Shown here one piece after another: positions 55,201 through 64,000 of a DNA stretch of 64,000 nucleotides. The notes under the pieces were generated by a model. The model made no database searches. It was not told the origin of the DNA and saw only the letters and a list, made by a program, of their open reading frames with translations. Origin of the DNA: Chrysomallon squamiferum (Eukaryota > Animalia > Mollusca); NCBI GenBank assembly GCA_012295275.1, contig CM022667.1:7192001-7256000 (forward strand). Direction: 5' to 3'. Numbering within the stretch: position 1 is the stretch's first letter; each line of letters begins with the position of its first letter. The position numbers and the translations under genes were made by a program.

Positions 55201-58200
55201 ATGTATAAACAGACTGTGAGTGTATATGACAGTGTATGTAATGATGTATAAACAGAACTGAGTGGGTATATGACAATGTATGTAATGATGTATAAACAGA
55301 CTGAGTGGGTATATGACAGTGTATGTAATGATGTATAAACAGACTGAGTGGGTATATCACAGTGTATGTAATGATGTATAAACAGACTGTGAGTGTATAT
55401 GACAGTGTATGTAATGATGTATAAACAGAACTGAGTGGGTATATGACAGTGTATGTAATGATGTATAAACAGACTGAGTGGGTATATCACAGTGTATGTA
55501 ATGATGTATAAACAGACTGAGAGTGTATATCACAGTGTATGTAATGATGTATAAACAGACTGAGTGGGTATATGACAGTGTATGTAATGATGTATATACA
55601 GACTGAGTGGGTATATGACAGTGTATGTAATGATGTATAAACAGACTGAGTGGGTATATGACAGTGTATGTAATGATGTATAAACAGACTGAGTGGGTAT
55701 ATCACAGTGTATGTAATGATGTATAAACAGACTGTGAGTGTATATGACAGTGTATGTAATGATGTATAAACAGAACTGAGTGGGTATATCACAGTGTATG
55801 TAATGATGTATAAACAGACTGAGTGGGTATATCACAGTGTATGTAATGATGTATAAACAGACTGAGTTGGTATATCACAGTGTATGTAATGATGTATAAA
55901 CAGACTGAGTGGGTATATCACAGTGTATGTAATGATGTATAAACAGACTGAGTGAGTATATCACAGTGTATGTAATGATGTATAAACAGACTGAGTGGGT
56001 ATATGACAGTGTATGTAATGATGTATAAACAGACTGAGTGAGTATATGACAGTGTATGTAATGATGTATAAACAGACTGAGTGGGTATATCACAGTGTAT
56101 GTAATGATGTATAAACAGACTGAGTGGGTATATGACAGTGTATGTAATGATGTATAAACAGACTGTGAGTGTATATGACAGTGTATGTAATGATGTATAA
56201 ACAGAACTGAGTGGGTATATCACAGTGTATGTAATGATGTATAAACAGACTCAGTGGGTATATCACAGTGTATGTAATGATGTATAAACAGACTGAGTGG
56301 GTATATCACAGTGTATGTAATGATGTATAAACAGACTGAGTGAGTATATCACAGTGTATGTAATGATGTATAAACAGACTGAGTGGGTATATCACAGTGT
56401 ATGTAATGATGTATAAACAGACTGAGTGGGTATATCACAGTGTATGTAATGATGTATAAACAGACTGAGAGTGTATATCACAGTGTATGTAATGATGTAT
56501 AAACAGACTGAGTGGGTATATCACAGTGTATGTAATGATGTATAAACAGACTGTGAGTGTATATGACAGTGTATGTAATGATGTATAAACAGAACTGAGT
56601 GGGTATATGACAGTGTATGTAATGATGTATAAACAGACTGAGTGGGTATATCACAGTGTATGTAATGATGTATAAACAGACTGAGAGTGTATATCACAGT
56701 GTATGTAATGATGTATAAACAGAACTGAGTGGGTATATGACAGTGTATGTAATGATGTATAAACAGACTGAGTGGGTATATCACAGTGTATGTAATGATG
56801 TATAAACAGACTGAGAGTGTATATCACAGTGTATGTAATGATGTATAAACAGACTGTGAGTGTATATGACAGTGTATGTAATGATGTATAAACAGAACTG
56901 AGTGGGTATATGACAGTGTATGTAATGATGTATAAACAGACTGAGTGGGTATATCACAGTGTATGTAATGATGTATAAACAGACTGAGAGTGTATATCAC
57001 AGTGTATGTAATGATGTATAAACAGAACTGAGTGGGTATATGACAGTGTATGTAATGATGTATAAACAGACTGAGTGGGTATATCACAGTGTATGTAATG
57101 ATGTATAAACAGACTGAGAGTGTATATCACAGTGTATGTAATGATGTATAAACAGACTGAGTGGGTATATGACAGTGTATGTAATGATGTATAAACAGAC
57201 TGAGTGGGTATATGACAGTGTATGTAATGATGTATAAACAGACTGAGTGGGTATATCACAGTGTATGTAATGATGTATAAACAGACTGAGTGGGTATATG
57301 ACAGTGTATGTAATGATGTATAAACAGACTGTGAGTGTATATGACAGTGTATGTAATGATGTATAAACAGAACTGAGTGGGTATATGACAGTGTATGTAA
57401 TGATGTATATACAGACTGAGTGGGTATATGACAGTGTATGTAATGATGTATAAACATACTGAGTGGGTATATCACAGTGTATGTAATGATGTATAAACAG
57501 ACTGAGTGGGTATATCACAGTGTATGTAATGATGTATAAACAGACTGAGTGGGTATATCACAGTGTATGTAATGATGTATAAACAGACTGAGAGTGTATA
57601 TGACAGTGTATGTAATGATGTATAAACAGACTGAGAGTGTATATGACAGTGTATGTAATGATGTATAAACAGACTGAGTGGGTATATGACAGTGTATGTA
57701 ATGATGTATAAACAGAACTGAGTGGGTATATCACAGTGTATGTAATGATGTATAAAAACAGACTGAGTGGGTATATGACAGTGTATGTAATGATGTATAA
57801 ACAGACTGAGTTGGTATATCACAGTGTATGTAATGATGTATAAACAGACTGAGTGGGTATATGACAGTGTATGTAATGATGTATAAACAGAACTGAGTGG
57901 GTATATCACAGTGTATGTAATGATGTATAAACAGACTGAGTGGGTATATGACAGTGTATGTAATGATGTATAAACAGACTGAGTTGGTATATCACAGTGT
58001 ATGTAATGATGTATAAATAGACTGAGTGGGTATATGACAGTGTATGTAATGATGTATAAACAGACTGAGTGGGTATATGACAGTGTGTGTAATGATGTAT
58101 AAACAGACTGAGAGTGTATATGACAGTGTATGTAATGATGTATAAACAGACTGAGTGGGTATATCACAGTGTATGTAATGATGTATAAACAGACTGAGTG

Positions 58201-59431
58201 GGTATATGACAGTGTATGTAATGATGTATAAACAGAACTGAGTTGGTATATCACAGTGTATGTAATGATGTATAAACAGACTGAGTGGGTATATCACAGT
58301 GTATGTAATGATGTATAAACAGACTGAGTTGGTATATGACAGTGTATGTAATGATGTATAAACAGACTGAGTGGGTATATGACAGTGTATGTAATGATGT
58401 ATAAACAGACTGAGTTGGTATATCACAGTGTATGTAATGATGTATAAACAGACTGAGAGTGTATATGACAGTGTATGTAATGATGTATAAACAGACTGAG
58501 TGGGTATATCACAGTGTATGTAATGATGTATAAACAGACTGAGTGGGTATATGACAGTGTATGTAATGATGTATAAACAGACTGAGTTGTATATGACAGT
58601 GTATGTAATGATGTATAAATAACAGATGTATAAACAGACTGAGAGGGTATATGACAGTGTATGTAATGATGTATAAACAGACTGAGAGTGTATATGACAG
58701 TGTATGTAATGATGTATAAACAGACTGAGAGTGTATATGACAGTGTATGTAATGATGTATAAACAGACTGAGAGTGTATATGACAGTGTATGTAATGATG
58801 TATAAACAGACTGAGAGTGTATGTCACAGTGTATGTAATGATGTAGTAAATGTGTGTGTGTGTGAATAAATTAGAGTCAGTGCGCTCATCTAAACTTTCT
58901 CTCTCTCTGTTAGATCCGTTGATTGCCTTCAGACCAAATACAAGCCTCAGTTGTTATGGTTACCTGCACGTGGTCAATTCTAGCCACGCCTATTGGCAGA
59001 TGAAGTCCACCTTCTCTTCTGACGTCATGGATTCAGTATGGATAGTTCAGAACCACCATGGACCTTTCAAAACCGAGAACCTGCCAAAAAATATCAGCAT
59101 TGAAATCAAAGAATCTTTGAACAAAAATGGCGGCAAGCCAAGTTACCTGGACAACACAGTTTCTAAGACGACAGCGATGTTCAGCAGTGATCGCACACGT
59201 CACATCGCAATCGGCGTCGTGTGTGGAATTTTCTTCATAGTGATCATCATCACCGTGCTGGCCATCAAGAAGTGTAGAAGGTCAAGGCCGGTTGCTCGAC
59301 GCTGGGAGCAGCTTGATTTCAACTACGGGAAAAAACTGTATGCTCCGTCAAAAGACTTGGATAAAGAACTCGATAATGACTTTGAAAATGACATGAATGA
59401 CGGTACAACAAAGCTGCTCTCTGAAAACTGA
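46535..59431 (+). CDS. Purple acid phosphatase (ACP7/PAPL)-like type I membrane protein with degenerate active site
   Basis: Exons 46535-46670, 50849-51054, 51330-51422, 51635-51784, 52001-52076, 52346-52460, 52667-52870, 54211-54413, 58914-59431 in frame. N-domain PDQVHLSFGD..VVVWET..LHRVRL; metallophosphoesterase core LHVGDL, WYSIDIGPVHLISYSTE, QRDWL..DL, PWVIAIGHRPMYC, EDLFFDYGVDV, YERLWP, APVHVV; C-terminal TM IAIGVVCGIFFIVIIITVLAI. The first exon assignment is less certain. Confidence 0.9.
48178..49100 (+). repeat. 39-bp minisatellite (about 23 copies)
   Basis: Unit AACTACTCACAAGTTTGTTGTAGTGTAGTGAATGGGTTA. Confidence 0.97.
51430..51640 (+). repeat. Degenerate repeat of about 30-32 bp filling an intron and spanning its acceptor
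   Basis: TTTACAAATAG recurs six times; the last copy is the acceptor of exon 51635. Confidence 0.85.
52945..53680 (+). repeat. 27-bp minisatellite (about 27 copies)
   Basis: Unit TACACTGTAATTAAGTAAAACTCATTA. Confidence 0.96.
54455..58845 (+). repeat. 43-bp satellite, about 100 copies, filling the last intron of the phosphatase-like gene
   Basis: Unit ACAGTGTATGTAATGATGTATAAACAGACTGAGTGGGTATAT(C/G), with 44-bp variants. Confidence 0.98.
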
Positions 59432-60679
59432 TACAGCCTCCTCCCTCAGAAACCCCGGGTGCTTCAACTTTGATTTTGAGAATGTAAGAAGATATGTAGA
59501 TTGATGAAAATAGCTTCTAGTTTTATCATTTTTATTGAAGACGATTTTTGCATCTGAACTTCTTTTTGGATTTGAAAACAAGCTTTTCTAACAAATAGTT
59601 ACGAAAAAAGAAAAAAAAAAGAAACATTTTATATATACCACGAAGTGCTGTATTCAAGATTGAACAATTATTTGCCATTATTTTTATCCATCTTCACTTT
59701 GTTATATTAATACTGTTTATTGTTTTGTATCTAGATTATCATACAGCGTTTCTTTATGTGTTTTATTTATTTATCTTTTTCTATTCTAAATTGTATTGTT
59801 TGTGCTCACTGTCAAAAGTAAATTATGAATCTTGTAAATAAACAAACAAACTAATAATAACTTTGTTCTGGCTTGATGTCACTGAAACGGTGCAAGCAGA
59901 GAATTACTTGTGTTAAATATTTAGTTGTTGTTCAGGGCTATCAAAAAGTAAGCGTCATGACTAGGCGTTGTTATAAATTAGACTTTGAGTATGGATCGGG
60001 TTAGGTTTTCTATTAGGGTTTGGGCTAGGATCAGGGTCAGCATTAAAATTTTCAAGATCAGCGTTAGGAAATAATTTAAATTAATTTTTATTTAAAAAAT
60101 TAAATTGAAAGGTTATGTGAAGCGTTTGGATTAAAAATATATACTCTGTCTATTCGCCATTTGATAATGCATACATTTGTATATTATTGTAATTTTATTA
60201 GTTTACAGAGTTCATGTTATTATTATTATTATTACTACTAAAACTAATACTGTTATTAGTACTACTATTACTACAGCAATTACTACTACCACTACAACTA
60301 CTATTGCTACTACTATTACTACTACTACTGCAATTACTACTACTACTACTATTATTGCTACTACTACTATAGAACAGGTACAAAATATATTTAATACTTT
60401 TATTTAGAACTGCTAACATCATTTGAACGCGGAAATACTTAACAGATCTGACAAGAAGGTTCGATCCTAAACGACGCTGTATAAATGTAATTGAACAAAT
60501 GATTGACATTTCTTCCTTTGTTATTAAACAAAAATAATAATGAAACAAACAAACAAACAAAATAAAATAATGAAACAACATATATATATATATATATATA
60601 TATTAAAAAGATAATCATAAAATAAAATAATTAAATATGTTAGAAGTAAATTAAATATTGGTTAGCCTAAACCATGATT

Positions 60680-63600
60680 TGAGCAAGTAATAGTAACAAC
60701 AACAGTACTAGTAACAGTACAAGAGAAATAACACAGACAGAAGTTGTAGGAAAGATAGCAGTAGTAATAGTAACAACAACAGTAGTAGTAACAGTACAAG
60801 AGAAATAACACAGACAGAAGTTGTAGGAAAGATAGCAGTAGTAATAGTAACAACAACAGTAGTAGTAACAGTACAACAGAAATAACACAGACAGAAGTTG
60901 TAGGAAAGATAGCAGTAGTAATAGTAACAACAACAGTACTAGAAACAGTACAACAGAAATAACACAGACAGAAGTTGTAGGAAAGACAGCAGTAGTAGTA
61001 GTAACAATAACAGTACTAGTAACAGTACAACAGAAATAACACAGACAGAAGTTGTAGGAAAGACAGCAGTAGTAATAGTAACAACAACAGTAGTAGTAAC
61101 AGTACAAAGAGAAATAACACAGACAGAAGATGTAGGAAAGATAGCAGTAGTAATAAGTAACAACAACAGTACTAGTAACAGTACAAGAGAAAATAACAGA
61201 GACGGAAGTTTTAGGAAAGACAGCAGTAGTAATGGTAACAACAACAGTACTAGTAACAGTTACAAGAGAAATAACACAGACAGAAGATGAAGGAAAGACA
61301 GCAGTAGTAGTAGTAACAACAACAGTGCTAGTAACAGTACAAGAGAAATAACACAGACAGAAGATGAAGGAAAGATAGCAGTAGTAATGGTAACAACAAC
61401 AGTAGTAGTAACAATTACAACAGAAATAACACAGACAGAAGTTGTAGGAAAGATAGCAGTAGTAATAAAACAACAACAACAGTACTAGTAACAGTTACAA
61501 CAGAAATAACAGAGAGAGAGATGTTGTAGGAAAGACAGCAGTAGTAATAAATAACAACAACAGTACTAGTAACAGTACAACAGAAATAACACAGACAGAA
61601 GATGAAGGAAAGATAGCAGTAGTAATAATAGTAACAACAGTAGTAGTAACAATTACAACAGAAATAACAGAGACGGAAGATGTAGGAAAGACAGCAGTAA
61701 TAGTAGTAACAACAACAGTACTAGTAACAGTACAACAGAAATAACAGTGGCAGAAGATGAAGGAAAGATAGCAGTAGTAATAGTAACAACAACAGTGCTA
61801 GTAACAGTTACAACAAAATAACAGAGGCAGAAGATGAAGGAAAGATAGCAGTAGTAATAATAAATAACAACAACAATTACTAGTAACAATTACAACAGAA
61901 ATAACAGAGACGGAAGTTTTAGGAAAGATAGCAGTAGTAATAGTAACAACAACAGTACTAGTAACAGTACAACAGAAATAACACAGACAGAAGATGTAGG
62001 AAAAGATAGCAGTAGTAGTAGTAACAACAACAGTTACTAGTAACAATTACAAGAGAAGTAACACAGACAGAGTTGCAGGAAAGATAGCAGTAGTAGTAGT
62101 AACAACAACAGTAGTAGTAACAGTAGAACAGAAATAACACAGACAGAAGTTGTAGGAAAGATAGCAGTAATAGTAGTAACAACAACAGTAGTAGTAACAA
62201 TTACAAGAGAAATAACAGAGGCAGAAGATGAAGGAAAGATAGCAGTAGTAATGGTAACAACAACAGTAGTAGTAACAATTACAACAGAAATAAGACAGAC
62301 AGAAGATGTAGGAAAGATAGCAGTAATAATACTAACAACAACAGTACTAGTAACAGTACAACAGAAATAACACAGACAGGAAGTTTTAGGAAAGACAGCA
62401 GTAGTAGTAGTAACAACAACAGTAGTAGTAACAATTACAACAAAATAACACAGACAGAAGGAAAGATAGCAGTAGTAGTAGTAACAACAACAGTACTAGT
62501 ATCAATTACAACAGAAATAACAGAGGCAGAAGATGTAGGAAAGATAGCAGTAGTAATAAGTAACAACAACAGTACTAGTAACAATTACAAGAGAAATAAC
62601 AGAGACGGAAGTTTTAGGAAAGACAGCAGTAGTAGTAGTAACAACAACAGTTACTAGTAACAGTACAAGAGAAAATAACAGAGGCAGAAGATGTAGGAAA
62701 GATAGCAGTAGTAATAAAGTAACAACAACAGTACTAGTAACAATACAAGAGAAAATAACAGAGACGGAAGTTTTAGAAAAGATAGCAGTAGTAGTAAAAC
62801 AACAACAATTACTAAGTAACAATTACAAGAGAAATAACAGAGACAGAAGTTTTAGGAAGAGACAGCAGTAGTAATGGTAACAACAACAATTACTAGTAAC
62901 AATTACAAGAGAAATAACAGAGGCAGAAGATGTAGGAAAGAGAGCAGTAGTAATAAGTAACAACAACAATTACTAGTAACAGTTACAAGAGAAAATAACA
63001 GAGACAGAAGTTTTAGGAAAGATAGCAGTAGTAGTAAGTAACAACAACAATTACTAGTAACAATTACAACAGAAATATGCACAGACGGAAGTTTAGGAAA
63101 AGATAGCAGTAGTAATAGTAACAACAACAGTACTAGTAACAATTACAACAAAAATAACACAGACAGAAGATGAAGGAAAGATAGCAGTAGTAATAATAGT
63201 AACAACAACAGTAGTAGTAACAATTACAACAGAAATAACAGATACGGAAGATGTAGGAAAGACAGCAGTAATGGTAGTAACAACAACAACAATTACTAGT
63301 AACAATTACAACAAAAATAACAGAGGCAGAAGATGAAGGAAAGATAGCAGTAGTAATAAAATAAGAACAACAATTACTAGTAACAATACAAGAGAAATAA
63401 CAGAGGCAGAAGATGAAGGAAAGATAGCAGTAGTAATAGTAACAACAACAGTACTAGTAACAGTACAAGAGAAATAACAGAGGCAGAAGTTGTAGGAAAG
63501 ATAGCAGTAGTAATAGTAACAACAACAGTATTAGTAACAGTACAAGAGAAATAATACAGACAGAAGTTGTAGGAAAGATAGCAGTAGTAGTAGTAACAAC

Positions 63601-64000
63601 AACAGTATTAGTAACAGTACAAGAGAAATAACAGAGAGAGAAGTTGTAGGAAAGACAGCAGTAGTAGTAGTAACAACAACAGTACTAGTAACAGTACAAC
63701 AGAAATAACACAGACAGAAGTTTTAGGAAAGATAGCAGCAGTAGTAGTAACAACAACAGTACTAGTAACAGGACAACAGAAATAACAGAGACGGAAGTTT
63801 TAGGAAAGATAGCAGTAGTAGTAGTAACAACAACAGTACTAGTAACAGTACAACAGAAATAACACAGACAGAAGATGTAGGAAAGATAGCAGTAGTAGTA
63901 GTAACAACAACAGTACTAGTAACAGTACAACAGAAATAACACAGACGGAAGTTTTAGGAAAGATAGCAGTAGTAATAGTAACAACAACAGTACTAGTAAC
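60680..64000 (+). repeat. Purine/AAC-rich satellite of about 79 bp running off the window end
   Basis: Unit AGTAACAACAACAGTACTAGTAACAGTACAACAGAAATAACACAGACAGAAGTTGTAGGAAAGATAGCAGTAGTAAT with many variants. Confidence 0.96.

Noticed and set aside
54455-64000. CRISPR-like regular repeats and His-rich or Thr-rich ORFs
   Set aside because: Head-to-tail units with no unique spacers, no cas genes and a eukaryotic context.

Overview
AT-rich animal genomic DNA with spliceosomal introns; probably a mollusc or other lophotrochozoan, which is an inference from gene content and repeat style. Six intron-containing genes were reconstructed by hand from splice signals and translation: (1) the 3' half of a Rab geranylgeranyltransferase alpha gene (+), with two minor-spliceosome U12 introns, one of them AT-AC; (2) a BTB-BACK-Kelch gene (-); (3) a complete 14-exon copine (+), head-to-head with the Kelch gene; (4, 5) two convergent CUB-LDLa-transmembrane receptor paralogues, plus a relic CUB exon; (6) a membrane-anchored purple-acid-phosphatase (ACP7-like) homologue that has lost most of its metal ligands. 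Transposon relics include a Tigger/pogo element, a FLYWCH/MULE-like fragment and a MITE. Most introns carry their own private minisatellite (about 35 arrays, 24-79 bp units). At least eight arrays are built from the exon-intron junction itself, so real splice sites sit beside up to about 9 decoy copies, and the decoys checked mostly lead to premature stops. Almost all long ORFs in the supplied track are translations of these arrays.
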